From Octopus sinensis (taxonomy: Eukaryota), in contig NC_043023.1 of the NCBI RefSeq assembly GCF_006345805.1, forward strand, positions 12,958,001-13,022,000: a stretch of DNA of 64,000 bases, read 5' to 3'. This document shows positions 13,016 through 29,332 of this stretch, in pieces. Positions within the stretch are counted from its first letter, which is position 1. Each line of letters opens with the position of its first letter. The notes under the pieces are model-generated. The model searched no databases. It saw only the letters and a list, made by a program, of their open reading frames with translations, and was not told the DNA's origin. The translations under genes were made by a program, and so were the position numbers.

Positions 13016-13899
13016 GTTTTCACTTCTATATGATTACTTTAACATTGAAGGGTTCACATAATCCCATTATTTACTGGCAGGTTCACTAGCACGCCAGACA
13101 AAATGCTTCACAATATTTCTTTCGTCAATAGCTTTGTTGAGGGATCTTTTCCTTTTCAACGGCAGTTTTCAACACAATTTCTAGTTAACTAAACACTTTA
13201 AAATTTCGTTTACTGGGAGAATGTGTCAACATAAAACATTTTTTTCTCTTGGCTTTCTTGAGAAAATTGTAATTTGTAAGTTGTCTCTGTTTGATCTGGC
13301 AGTGTTTCTACAGCTGGATGCCCTTCCTAACGCCAACCACTCGTGAAGTGTAGTGGGTGCTTTTTATGTGCCACCTGCACAGGTGCCAGGGGAGTCCGGC
13401 ATCGGCTATGATCAGTTGGTGCTTTTAACGAGCTACCGACACATTTTCTTAATTGTTGTCAGTTTCCCGCTTCGAAAAATAATTACTGTAACATCGAGAG
13501 GTTCACAGAATTCTATTATTTACCTTATTATTATTATTATTAGTAGTAGCAGTATTATCACCTTTACAGCCTTAAAGTAAATCTTTATCAAAATACCGTA
13601 TTCACAAATAAGCAACGAGTCAGTGAATCAGTAATTAAGCACCTTAATTAATAATTTAATTGTTGAACCGGGGTTGAAATGTAGCAGAAGTTATTTTCCT
13701 TTACATGATTGTCTTCCTTCAGTTCTCCAATAGGTGGCTCTACTGACTGGTGGGATTCGTTGTAGTTTCCTCTTTGTCCCTTTCTGTCAAGAACTTCACT
13801 TTCAAGGGTTTTCAAATTTTTACAAGATTCTTTCAATAAAGTGTACTCACACATTCGGATCTTTTCGGTTTGAACGGCAGTTTTTTCTTGCGGTGTCAT

Positions 13900-14450
13900 A
13901 TGAAATTGTCACCCATAATTATGACCCTAGTATCGATCTATTGCATTTCAATCTGTTTTAGGGTTAGCGGTGGGGGGAAGGCTATCTTTTTTCTTCACAA
14001 ATGTAAATAAACCCAATATGTTTCTTAAACGAGGGACATATTCATACGGCACAGAATGTTTTCACCTCAATAGACGTCATTGATTTGTTGAAATTTTCAC
14101 CCATAATTATGACCCTAGTATCAATCTATTGCATTTCAATCTGTTTTAGGGTTAGGGGTGGGGGGAGGGTATTTTTTTTTCTTCACAAATGTAAATAAAC
14201 CCAATATGTTTCTTAAACGAGGGACATATTCATACGGCACAGAATGTTTTCACCTCAATAGACGTCATTGATTTGTTGAAATTTTCACCCATAATTATGA
14301 CCCTAGTATCGATCTATTGCATTTCAATCTGTTTTAGGTTTAAGGGTGGGGGGAAGGCTATATTTTTTTTCTTCACAAATGTAAATAAACCCTATCTGTT
14401 TCTTAAACGAGGGACATATTCATAAGGCACAGAATGTTTTTCACCGCAAT
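13900..14450. repeat. Three tandem ~188-bp copies of the MITE body (single copy at ~995-1170 and 40180-40355)
   Basis: AAATT(G/T)TCACCCATAATTATGACCC at ~13903, 14090 and 14279. Confidence 0.85.
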
Positions 14451-14571
14451 GGACGTCTTAAGGGGATACAGCCAAAGAAAGCAAGCAAAATCTGAGTGGA
14501 ACTTGGAGCAGCACTCTGGCTTGCCAGCTCAGGTCACAATTTCACACCCAGGCATGCAAAGGAAATGAACA

Positions 14572-14735
14572 CTGAAGAAGAAGAAGAAGAAGGAGTAGGA
14601 GAAGAAGAAGGAGGTGGAGGAGAAGAAAAAGAAGGAGGAGAAGAAGGAGAAGGAGAAGACGGAGAAGAAGAAGAAAAAAAAGAAAAAGAAGGAGGATGAG
14701 GAGAAGAAGAAGAAGAAGGATGATGATGATGAAAA
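14572..14735. repeat. Expanded (GAA/GGA)n(GAT)n compound microsatellite
   Basis: ~160 nt here versus ~45-50 nt at 1287 and 40470. Confidence 0.9.
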
Positions 14736-15520
14736 CACAACAAAGACAAAATCAATGTCAGTCAAAACTTTTATTCCTTATTCCCATTCCTTTATTCTCT
14801 CATAACAAATTCCTCAACAATCCAGCACAATCCTCTTCAGAAACCAAAGTCATCTCTGTGTTGATATATTTAGATATAGAAATGATATTGAAGTTGTGAT
14901 TCATGAATTTCATCTTGACATCCAAGAAACTGAAGTTGATAATGTCAAGCTTGAAGAGGAATGAACCCTGTCTTTTAGCAGACAAAATATTCATAATTCT
15001 TGTCATCATCATCATTTAGCGTCCGCTTTCCATGCTAGCATGGGTTGGACAGTCCAACTGGAGTCTGGGAAGCCAGAAGGCTGCACCTGGCCCAGTCTGA
15101 TCTAGCAATGTTTCTACGGCTGGATGCCCTTCCTAATGCCAACCACTCCGTGAGTGTAGTGGGTGCTTTTTACGTGCCACCGGACACAGGTGCCAGACGG
15201 GGCTGGCAAACAGCTACGGTCGGACAGTGCTTTTTACGTTCCACCGGCACGGGGGCCAGGCGGGACTGGCAACGGCCACGATCGGATGGTGCATTTTACA
15301 TGCCACCATCACTGGTATCACAGCTGCAATTTCCATTGATGTTGGTTGATTTTGATTTTGATTCTGATTCTCACTTGCCTCAAAAGGTCTTCACAAGTAG
15401 AGTTTTGTGTCACAAGAAGATAAGGTATGCATAAGTGGACTGGCTACATCCCAGGTAGAGGCCATGGGTTGTGGTCTCACTTGTCCTGCCGGGTTGTAAT
15501 AAATTTTGATATTGATACGA

Positions 15521-17331
<1,811 letters not shown>

Positions 17332-18445
17332 TATGAGAGAATAATTTCGTTATACATATCACAATGCTAGTATCTGTTTCATTTCTATGAATGTTTGTGT
17401 TCAAATGCATCAGAGAATGATTAAATGTTATGCTACTTTCATTGGTGATCTTGCTTAATATCTAAAACAGAAGATATAAGTTGGTTAACTCTTTTGTAAA
17501 GTTACTCAAACTTAACCTGTAGGGTCATCATCATCTCTACATTCCAGATGGCAAAAAAAATGTTGCTCTTAATTCCATCATCCAGAAGAAATATTTCCCC
17601 ATCGTTCGGCGAAGATTTTATTTATATAAAGAAGCTGATCTTTTGATGAATGTGCCTTATGAATATATGGTCTTCCTTTAATTGATGAAAGTCAATCAAA
17701 ACATCGGACACACATCTTAATGAAGAAATTTCTTTTAAATCAACATGGTATGATATTCTGAAATAGGAAAAAAATTCATTTCTATGAATATATTTGTGTT
17801 GCTATTTGCAGAGAATAATTTAATGCTATGCTTCTTTCATCTGAGACTTTGCTTAATATCTAAATCAAGAGGTGACAATTGTCTAACCCTTTGTAAAGTT
17901 ATCCAAGCTTAATTAACCTGTAAAACAATCATCTCCTCTATATTCCAGACAGCAAAGACTTCAAATTGTTGCTGTTAATTCCATCGTCCAGAAGAAATAT
18001 TTTGCTGTTGTTTTTCACAGATTTCCTTTATAAGATGAGTTTGATGTATTGATGAATGCTCCTTATAAATATATCATCTTCCTTTGGTTGATGGGAGCTG
18101 ATAAAATATCAGAGGCACATCTGAATGAAGCAATTTCTTTCATATCAACAGGATGTTATATTCTGAAATAGAAAAAAAAAGAAGCAGTGAGATAAAGAGA
18201 ATCATTAAAGGACATAGTAATTCAACATTGCAAATCTTACAACATCAACACTGTCATCCATTTAATGTCTATGTTTGCAGGGGTTAGAATCCATTGAGGC
18301 ATTGAAACTTTTACAACATTCTGTATAGAGATTTCTCTATTGTTCTGCCGTGGGGAAAATTTTGGTGAAGGGTTAATTAAAATTTTGGCAAGGATGGATC
18401 CAATCTACTTCATGCGTGCAAGATTCACTGCAAATATATTTGTAT

Positions 18446-18508
<63 letters not shown>

Positions 18509-19771
18509 TATATACATACGAGTATTAAGAGAGGGGCCACATATGGTCACTCTAACGCTAGAAATAGATCGGCAAAGGGAATCCACCACTAAAGAATTGT
18601 TCTCAAGCATTAATTCAACACGCCAAGAATGTAAGCGGGCTGGACAAATGAAAAATAACGAAAAAATGGATTAACTCTATACAATTGTTTCATCGTTAAT
18701 AGATTGTGTAATTTTACTTACAAATCATTTTCGAATCATCGGTAGAGTATATCAAAAACATAATTTGCTGAACCAAACGCCAAAATCCATACGAAATTGA
18801 TGTTATTAATTAATATTCAATTTCTTTCACCCTTACACACACACATATATGTATACATAATAATACATATATATGCATAAATACATACGTATACGTACAT
18901 ACATGTTTGTTTATATTCGCGAGTGCCCGTTCTGCGTATTTTATTTTTTAGTATAAAATAGTTTAAAAAATAGATTAATCGTTCTAATTTTCTCTGGTAG
19001 TATTTAAAAAGAGTGGTCCCGGTGAGCGCACTCGCGCTAGTTAGTCGTGACTAGTCGATCCTACAACGACTACCTAGCAAAGTAAATAAAACACAAAAAC
19101 GCAAAATAAAGATCGACTAGTCACGACTAGCTAGCGCGCCCACCGGGACCTCTCTTCTTAAATAGTACCCTTATAAATTTGTTTATATTCGCGAGTGCCC
19201 GTTCTCCGTATTTTATTTTTTAGTATAAAATATTTAAAAAATAGATTAATCTTTCTAATTTCCTCCATACTTTATGTATTCTGGATATATTTCCCATTTC
19301 CTAACTTTTTCTCACAAGTAAGCGTCATTATCTTAGAGAGGTGCGCGCATCCGTGCTAGCTAGTCGTAAGTAGTCGATCCAACGACTTTCTAACTCTAAC
19401 CTTAGTTTGTTTACAAAAATAACGTATTTACTTAGTTTTAAAAATTGTAGGATCGACTACTTACAACTAGCAGGCGCGGATACGCGAGTGCGCGCACCGG
19501 GACCACTGTTCGCTAGTAGTACCTTATCATTATTGGTATTATTATCATCATTACAGCCTTAAAATAAATCTTTATCAACTTACCGTATTCAGATACAAAC
19601 AACGAGTCAGCGATCGTTAATTAAGCACCTTAATTAATTAATTAAGGAAAGTTATATCCCTTCATATGGTTATAGTTCTTCAATTTTCTATGACTGGTTC
19701 GTTTCGTTCCGGTGTCTTCTTTGTCCCATTCTGTCAACGATTTTACCTTCAAGGTAATATAGAATATATAC

Positions 19772-19935
19772 ACTCACATATTCTAATCTACGACCGTTTC
19801 CAGCGCACGAACTGGACCCCGTCGCAGACACCGAAAGAAAGAAGGCATCTTTGACTTATATCTTCCTGATGTGACGTCAGGCCGTTGCACTTCCCATCCG
19901 TTTCTGACGTCATTTTCTCTCCTGTCCAATCATTG
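19772..19935 (-). promoter_or_regulatory. Putative promoter of copy C
   Basis: Same CRE-CRE/GGAAG/CCAAT module. The ETS-like site here is GGGAAGTG. Confidence 0.6.
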
Positions 19936-19989
19936 TCCTTCCTTCACACTTCTCTCTCATCTAAAGAACAATGCTTGGATACCTTTTGG

Positions 19990-20703
19990 GGATCTTTTCG
20001 GTTTGACCGGCAGTTTTTAAAAATAATTTCCACGTAACTAAACACTTTTAAACTTCGTATACTGGTAGAATGTGTTTATAAAACATCTTTTTCTCTTGGC
20101 TTTATTGAGAAAATTCTATAGTTTGTAAGATATTTGGGATCTTTTCGGTTTGAACGGCAGCTTTTTCAAATAATTTCCACGTGTTAGGGTTAGAAGTGGG
20201 GAGAAAAGGCTTTCTGTTATCTTCACAAATGTAAACAAAGTCACGTGTGTACTTATATATGGAAGCATCGCCTTATTATTTACTTTGTGTAAAAAGAAAA
20301 GGATCTTTTCGGTTTGACCGGCAGTTTTTTTCTAGCGGTGTCATATGAAATTGTCACCCATAATTATGACCCTAGTATCGATCTATTGCATTTCAATCTG
20401 TGTTAGGGTTAGGGGTGGGGGAAGTGTATCTATTTTTTCTTCACAAATGTAAATAAACCCAATCTGTTTCTTAAACGAGGGACATATTCATAAGGCACAT
20501 AATGTTTTTTTTACCTCAACAGACGTCATTGATTGGTTGAAATTGCAGAAAAAACAACAACAAATATGTTACAAACTACAGAATTTTCTCAATAGAGCCA
20601 AGGAATAAGATGCTTTATAAATACATTCTATCTGTATACGAAGTTTAAAATTTTTTTAGTTACCTAGAAATTTAAAAACCTGCCGTTCAAACCGAAAAGA
20701 TCC
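19990..20703. mobile_element. Composite foldback form of the same MITE (also 8563-9228, 28074-28718, 49116-51711)
   Basis: Reverse module(s), a TTAGGG-containing spacer, an internal TIR, then body and forward module. Confidence 0.75.
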
Positions 20704-21323
20704 CCATTATTCCCAGAGAACAGTTGTCGAACCAGATGGCTGCACCAGGCTCCAATCTGATCTGGTAGAGTTTCTACAGCTTGTTGGTGTTAGGAAGGGC
20801 ATCCAGCTGTAGAAACTCTGCCAGATCAGATTGGAGCCTGGTGCTGCCTCTGGTTCGCCAGTCCTCAATCAAATCGTGCAACCCATGCTGAATGGAAATC
20901 GGATGTTAAACGATTATGATGATGATGATGATCACAGTGATCTATTTTCTCTCATGTATAATTAAGTTGCTACTTTGAGAGAACCGTCAGTGGATGGAAT
21001 GTAGTGTAGTGTGTTCGATATTCGACGGTTGATTAATTCTTCCAATGACAACGGGGAGGGAAAAGATGGCGCCGCTCCCAACATAATGCACAATTACGAA
21101 AGGAAATAGAGAAGCGCTGGGATTTTTACCTTTTGACCTACAGATTTAAAAGATAATTCATAAATCGGCAGAAAATTAGGAAGATTCATCCATTTTTTAA
21201 AAGTATTTTATACTAACAAATAAAATATGGAGAACGGGCACTCGCGAATATAAACAGATCATGTCGTGTAGCCAGCTGTAGGTGTCTCCTTAGGCTGAAT
21301 TACATCAACATCTCTATATATAT

Positions 21324-22329
21324 TGTTACGGAATCACCCGTCGCCGCTCGCCCGAACGGGCAGGTTCGCCACGGAACCCAGAGAGAGGAGAGATAGAACA
21401 ACAACAACAACCGCAGCAGCAGCACAGAGAGACACAGAGGCAACCGAGAGAGACACAAAACTGCAAGGCAACAACTGGCTTACATTTAACAACTAGTTTA
21501 TGACAATCAATTGTTACAACATCAAAGCATTTAAAGGAAACAAAAAATCAGTACAGGTATACAACAGATCAAAGTATTTAAACATGCAAGAAACAATATA
21601 ACAGTCCGGTATCGACACAACAAGTCATATACAGTTCGAAGGACATTATACAATGTTCAAATCACAACACTGTACAAAATGTCTTTGCACAATTCACATT
21701 GTTCATTTCACTGTTCAATACACCAATTCTTTTTTTTCCTTCTACAGTCTCTTTACATCGTAGCACGTATCAATACAATTAAATACCTTAATTCCTGATT
21801 AGAATAGCCAGTGTCCCATATTGTAGTTTCTCTCTCTCTGTCGCCTATTCCTCTGTATATATATCCCTTTTTGCGCTGCTAGCTCCAACCTGCCAAGCTC
21901 TCGCATCCCAACCGCTTGCTCTGACTTCCAAAATCCGACTGTGCAAAAACCTCACTTGCTCTGTCCTTGCCACTACCCTAATCTCTCTCTCCCCTAGCGC
22001 TGCTATACTCTCTGCCCCTCATCCTCTCTCACTGCTAATATCCTCTCTATCTGCTCTCAGCCCTAACTGCCTATCTCTATCCTCAATCTGTCTCTTAGCC
22101 TTATACTCTCTCTATCTGCTCTCAGCCCTTACTCTATATTTCTCACTACTTTCCTCTTCCTCGGCCCTCACATCTCTCTGACCCCCAATCGACCGCACAA
22201 GGCCAAAAGGTCCCTCCAAAAAAGCCATTACTCTTCCAGTAAACAAAGAGCTGTTGCTTTTCTTCCAGACGTGCCGGCGCCACTCCCAAAATGTGGGTCA
22301 AGAAATACTGCACTAGCCAAACCATAACA
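21324..22329. mobile_element. Probable solo LTR (Gypsy-like)
   Basis: ATAT|TGTTACGG...CCATAACA|ATAT, ~1 kb with no long ORF. The empty site is at ~29335. Confidence 0.7.
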
Positions 22330-24121
22330 ATATAAATGGCCAAATGTCTGTCTGTGTGTGCCTGTCCTTTATACAAATCCACAATTTCTCAGTTAGAGGG
22401 CTCGCACTTTCTATGGTCATTCAAAACCTTCCAAGAGTGGTCGTGCACATCTTTACATTTCCCCAGTCACCCCGAAAAGCCATTAAAAAATCAATAGAAC
22501 AAGGATCTGTCAACAAATAACAATATTTATTTTTCTGTCTGTACAAGCGTTACATCTCTGGACAATCAGCAGCTAGGTCGCCTTGGTGCAGAAGCAGCAG
22601 AGACAGTTTCATCACGATTGTGAAGGCATACTTCACAGATTCGCTGAAGTCATGGATCGCCTTCAGAATTCCAGCCACACGGAGCTGGTCAAGTGACGTC
22701 CGGCTTGGTTGGAAGCAGGGGCGAAGAGAGAGAGAGAGGACGGCGGTCAAGCCTATCTGATGCTGATGATGACTGCACATGCACATAATGTGCTTCCAGC
22801 AGGCTCTTACCCCTGCGCATGCGTGCATGAAAATCCTAAAGTGGTGTCCGGGACAAGGCGTCACTACAAGGCTCCCCCTTGAGTGCGGGGCATGAAAATA
22901 GAAAGATTGTAGTGGCACCAGAAATAAGATGGCTACCGATTACCCAGAAGATGTGGCACAAAATATGACAACTCAAAAGAAAATGTAATCACAATATACA
23001 TATAGGCGCAGGAGTGGCTGTGTGGTAAGTAGCTTGCTTACCAACCACATGGTTCCAGGTTCAGTCCCACTGCGTGTCACCTTGGGTAACTATCTTCTAC
23101 TATTGCCTGAGGCCGACCAAAGCCTTGTGAGTGGATTTGGTAGACGGAAACTGAAAGAAGCCCGTCGTATATATGTATATATATATATGAATGTGTGTGT
23201 GTGTTTGTGTGTCTGTGTATTTCCCCCTAGCATTGCTTGACCACCGATGTTGGTGTGTTTATGTCCCCGTCACTTAGCAGTTCGGCAAAAGAGACCGATA
23301 GAATAAGTACTGGGCTTACAAAAGAATAAGTCCCGGGGTTGAGATGCTCTATTAAAGGCGGAGCTCCAGCATGGCCACAGTTAAACGACTGAAACAAGTA
23401 AAAGAGAAAGAGAAAGAGAGAATAAGCATGCACAAAAAATTTTATTTTTACAAAATGTTTAATAACAAAACATTGGAAATGTCCAGTACACAAAAGAACA
23501 GCTGTCTGTCACAGGAAACAATAGAGAATCCTCCTCATCATCATTGTATAACATCTGTTTTCCCTGCTAGCATGGGTTGGACGGTTGACTGGGGTCTGGG
23601 ATACCAGGAGGCTGAACCAGGTTGCAGTCTGATCTGGAAGTGTTTCTACAGCTGGATGCCCTTCCTAAATGCCAACCACTCTGTGAGTGTAGTGGATGCT
23701 TTTACGTGCCACCGGCACAGGGTCCTACAGAGTCTGGCAGTGGCCACGGTCAGTTGGTGCTTATTACAAGCCACCGGCATGGAAGCCAGTTGAAGCGGTG
23801 CTGGCAACGGCCACGTTCGGATGGTGCTTTTTACATGCCACTGGCACAGGTGCCAGGGGAGACTGGCAGCGGCCACAATCGGTAGGTGCTTCTTACGTGC
23901 CACCAGCACTGGTATCACAGCTACAATTTCCATTGATGTTGATAGATTTCGATTTTGATCCTGATTCTCACTTGCCTTAACAAGGTCTTCACAAGTAGAG
24001 TTTTGTGTCCCAAGAAGGAAAGGAATGCATAAGTGGACTGGCTACATTCCAGGTAGAGGCCATGGGTTATAGACTCACCTTTCCTGCCGGGTTGTAACAA
24101 ATTTTGATATTGATACGATTA

Positions 24122-24373
<252 letters not shown>

Positions 24374-25423
24374 TTAACCTGTATGAATACGTTTGTGACT
24401 GATTAAATTGCTATTACAAGAAAATGATTTACCACAGATATTAAATTGATGGGGCTTTTCTCCTGTATGTGTACGTTTGTGTCTATTTAAGTCACTACTG
24501 GTAGAGAATGATTTACCACAGATATCACACTGATATGGTTTCTCTCCTGTATGAGTACGTTTGTGTTTAGGTAATTCAGCACTTCGAGAAAATGATTTAC
24601 CACAGATATCACACTGATGCGGCTTTTCCCTAGTATGAATAAATTTGTGATGAATTAAATTGCTATTTTCAGAAAATGACTTTCCACAGATATCACAGTG
24701 ATATGGTTTTTCCCCAGTATGTATACGTCTGTGACCAGACAAATTATTACTTCTGGAGAATGATTTACCACAGATAATACAATGATATGGTTTTTCACCT
24801 GTATGAATACGTTTATGTATAGGTAACTCACTACTGTGAGAGAATGACTTACCACAGATATCACAATGATATGGCTTCTCTCCTGTATGAATACGTTTGT
24901 GACTGATTAAATTGCTATTACAAGAAAACGAATTACCACAGATATCACAGTGATATGGTTTTTCACCTGTATGAATACGTTTGTGACTGATTAAATTGCT
25001 ATTACGAGAAAATGATTTACCACAGATATTACAATGATGGGGCTTTTCTCCTGTATGTGTACGTTTGTGTCTATTTAAGTCACTACTGGTAGAGAATGAT
25101 TTACCACAGATATCACACTGATATGGTTTCTCTCCTGTATGAGTACGTTTGTGTTTAGGTAAGTCAGCACTTCGAGAAAATGATTTACCACAGATATCAC
25201 ACTGATGCGGCTTTTCCCCAGTATGAATAAATTTGTGATGAATTAAATTGCTATTTTCAGAAAATGACTTACCACAGATATCACAGTGATATGGTTTTTC
25301 TCCAGTATGAACACGTCTGTGCCTTCTTAGATTACCACTTTTAGAGAATGACTTACCACAGATATCACACTGATATGGCTTCTCTCTTTTATCATTGATT
25401 TTTGCTTTAGTTGAATCATTCAT
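24374..25423 (-). CDS. Zinc-finger copy D: 12 fingers (last is atypical QFNIC), stop GAA>TAA in linker; 3 further fingers to 24119 untranslated
   Basis: 349-aa ORF with promoter and 5' exons present upstream. Confidence 0.8.
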   Translation of the reverse strand: MNDSTKAKINDKREKPYQCDICGKSFSKSGNLRRHRRVHTGEKPYHCDICGKSFSENSNLIHHKFIHTGEKPHQCDICGKSFSRSADLPKHKRTHTGEKPYQCDICGKSFSTSSDLNRHKRTHTGEKPHHCNICGKSFSRNSNLISHKRIHTGEKPYHCDICGNSFSCNSNLISHKRIHTGEKPYHCDICGKSFSHSSELPIHKRIHTGEKPYHCIICGKSFSRSNNLSGHRRIHTGEKPYHCDICGKSFSENSNLIHHKFIHTREKPHQCDICGKSFSRSAELPKHKRTHTGEKPYQCDICGKSFSTSSDLNRHKRTHTGEKPHQFNICGKSFSCNSNLISHKRIHTG

Positions 25424-27855
25424 TATGAGAGTATAATTTCGTTATACATATCACAATGATAGTATCTGTTTCATTTCTATGAATGTTTGCGTTCAAATGC
25501 ATCAGAGAATAATTCAATGTTATGTTACTTTCATTGGTGATCTTGCTTAATATCTAAAACAGAAGATATAAATTGGTTAACTCTTTTGTAAAGTTACTCA
25601 AACTTAACCTGTAGGTTCATCATCATCTCTACATTCCAGATGGCAAAAAAAATGTTGCTCTTAATTCCATCATGCAGAAGAAATATTTCCCCATTGTTCG
25701 TGGAAGAATTTATTTATATAAAGAGGCTGATGTATTGATGAATGTGCCTTATGAATATATGGTCTTCCTTTAATTGATGAAAGTCAATACAAATATCAGA
25801 CACACATCTGAATGAAGAAATTTCTTTTAAATCAACATGGTATGATATTCTGAAATAGGAAAAAAATTCATTTCTATGAATATATTTGTGTTGCTATTTT
25901 CAGAGAATAATTTAATGCTATGCTTCTTTCATCTGAGATTTTGCTTAATATCTAATTCAAGAGGTGACAATTGTCTACCCCTTTGTAAAGTTATCCAAGC
26001 TTAATTAACCTGTAAAACAATCATCTCCTCTATATTCCAGACATCAAAGACTTCAAATTGTTGCTGTTAATTCCATCGTACAGAAGAAATATTTTGCTGT
26101 TGTTTTTCACAGATTTCCTTTATAAGATGACTTTGATGTATTGATGAAGGCTCCTTATAAATATATCATCTTCCTTTGGTTGATGGGAGCTGATAAAATA
26201 TCCGAGGCACATCTGAATGAAGTAATTTCTTTCATATCAACAGGATGTTATATTCTGAAATAGGAAAATAAAGAAGCAGTGAGATAAAGAGAATCATTAA
26301 ACGACATAGTAATTCAACATTGCAAATCTTACAACATCAACACTGTCATCCATTTAATGTCTATGTTTGCAGGGGTCAGAATCCATTGAGGCATTGAAAC
26401 TTTTACAACATTCTCTATAGAGATTTCTCTATTGTTCTGCCGTGGGAAAAATTTTGGTGAAGGGTTCATTAAAATTTTGGCTATGGTGGATCCAATCTAC
26501 TTCATGCGTGCAAGATTCACTACAAATATATTTGTATACACACACACACATATACATATACAAGTATTAAGAGAGGGACCACATGTGGTCACTCTAACGC
26601 TAGAAATAGATCGGCAAAGGGAATTCACCACTAAAGAATTGTTCTCAAGCATTAATTCAACACACCAAGAATGTAAGCGGGCAGGACAAATGAAAAATAA
26701 CGAAAAAATGGATTAACTCTATACAATTGTTTCATCGTTAATAGATTGTGTAATTTTACTTACAAATCATTTTCGAATCATCGGTAGAGTATATCAAAAA
26801 CATAATTTGCTGAACCAAACGCCAAAATCCATACGAAATTGATGTTATTAATTAATATTCAATTTCTTTCGCCCTTACACACACACACATATATGTATAC
26901 ATAATAATACATATATATGCATAAATACATACGTATACGTACATACATGTTTGTTTATATTCGCGAGTGCCCGTTCTGCGTATTTTATTTTTTAGTATAA
27001 AATAGTTTAAAAAATAGATTAATCGTTCTAATTTTCTCTGGTAGTATTTAAAAAGAGTGGTCCCGGTGAGCGCACTCGCGCTAGTTAGTCGTGACTAGTC
27101 GATCCTACATCGACTACCTAGCAAAGTAAATAAAACACAAAAACGCAAAATAAAGATCGACTAGTCCCGACTAGCTAGCGCGCCCACCGGGACCTCTCTT
27201 CTTAAATAGTACCCTTATAAGTTTGTTTATATTCGCGAGAGCCCGTTCTACGTATTTTATTTTTTAGTATAAAATATTTAAAAAATAGATTAATCTTTCT
27301 AATTTTCTCCATACTTTATGTATTCTGGATATATTTCCCATTTCCTAACTTTTTCTCACAAGTAAGCGTCATTATCTTGGAGAGGTGCGCGGTACTACTA
27401 GCGAACAGTGGTCTCGGTGCGCGCACTCGCACATCCGTGCTAGCTAGTCGTATATTGTCGATCCTACGACTTTTTAACCCTAACCTTAGTTTGTTTACAA
27501 AAATAATGTATTTACTTAGTTTTAAAAGTTGTAGGATCGACTACTTACGACTAGCAAGCTCGGATACCCGAGTGCGCGCACCGGGACCACTGTTCGCTAG
27601 TAGTACCTTATCATTATTGGTATTATCATCATCATTACAGCCTTAAAATAAATCTTTGTCAACTTACCGTATTCAGATACAAACAAAGAGTCAGCGATCG
27701 TTAATTAAGCACCTTAATTAATTAATTAAGGAAAGTTATATCCCTTTATATGATTATAGTTCTTCAATTTTCTATGACTGGTTCGTTTCGTTCCGGTGTC
27801 TTCTTTGTCCCATTCTGTCAACGATTTTACCTTCAAGGTAATATAGAATATATAC

Positions 27856-28020
27856 ACTCACATATTCTAATCTACGACCGTTTCCAGCGCACGAAGTGGA
27901 CCCCGTCGCAGACACCGAAAGAAAGAAGGCATCTTTGAATTATATCTTCCTGATGTGACGTCAGGCCGTTGCACTTCCCATCCGTTTCTGACGTCATTTT
28001 CTCTCCTGTCCAATCATTGT
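27856..28020 (-). promoter_or_regulatory. Putative promoter of copy D
   Basis: Same module as at 12.4-12.56 kb. Confidence 0.6.
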
Positions 28021-29332
28021 CCTTCCTTCACACTTCTCTCTCATCTAAAGAACAATGCTTGGATACCTTTTGGGGATCTTTTCCGTTTGACCGGCAGTTT
28101 TTGAAAATAATTTCCACGTAACTAAACACTTTTAAACTTCGTATACTGGTAGAATGTGTTTATTAAACGTTTTTCTCTTGGCTTTATTAAGAAAATTCTA
28201 TAGTTTGTAAGATATTTCGGATCTTCTATTGGTTTGAACGGCAGTTTTTTAAAATAATTTCCACGTGTTAGGGTTAGAAGTGGGGAGAAAAGGCTTTCTG
28301 TTATCTTCACAAATGTAAACAAAGTCACGTGTGTACTTATATATCGAAGCATCGCCTTATTATTTACTTTGTGTAAAAAGAAAAGGATCTTTTCGGTTTG
28401 ACCGGCAGTTTTTTGTAGCGGTGTCATATGCAATTGTCACCCATAATTATGACCCTAGTATCGATCTATTGCATTTCAATTTGTGTTAGGGTTAGGGGTG
28501 GGGGAAGGGTATCTTTTTTTCTTCAAAAATGTAAATAAACCCAATCCGTTTCTTAAACGAGGGACTTATTCATAAGGCACATAATGCTTTTTTTACCTCA
28601 ATAGACGTCATTGATTGGTTGAAAGATGCTTTATAAATACATTCTATCTGTATACGAAGTTTAAAATTTTTTAGCTACCAAGAAATTTAAAAACCTGCCG
28701 TTCAAACCGAAAAGATCCCCATTATTTTCAAAGAAAAGTTGTCGAACCAGATGGCTGCACCAGGCTCCAATCTGATCTGGTAGAGTTTCTACAGCTGGTT
28801 GGTGTTAGGAAGGGCATCCAGCTGTAGAAACTCGGCCAGATCAGATTGGAGCCTGGTGCTGCCTCCTGGTTCGCCAGTCCTCAATCAAATCGTGCAACCC
28901 ATGCTACAATGGAAATCGGATGTTAAACGATGATGATGATGATGATCACAGTGATCTATTTTCTCTCATGTATAATTAAGTTGCTACTTTGAGAGAACCG
29001 TCAGTGGATGCAATGTAGTGTCGTGTGTTCGATATTCCAAGGTTGATTAATTCTTCCAATGACAACGGGGAGGGAAAAGATGGCACCGCTCCCAACATAA
29101 TGCACAATTACGAAAGGAAATAGAGAAGCGCTGGGATTTTTACCTTTTGACCTACAGATTTAAAAGATAATTCTTAAATCTGCTGAAAATTAGGAAGATT
29201 CTTCCATTCTTTAAAAGTATTTTATACTAACAAATAAAATATGGAGAACGGGCACTCGCGAATATAAACAGATCATGTCGTGTAGCCAGCTGTAGATGTC
29301 TCCTTAGGCTGAATTACATCAACATCTCTCTA

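Noticed and set aside
14496-14805. Poly-E/K/S/F ORFs
   Set aside because: Translation of a trinucleotide microsatellite.
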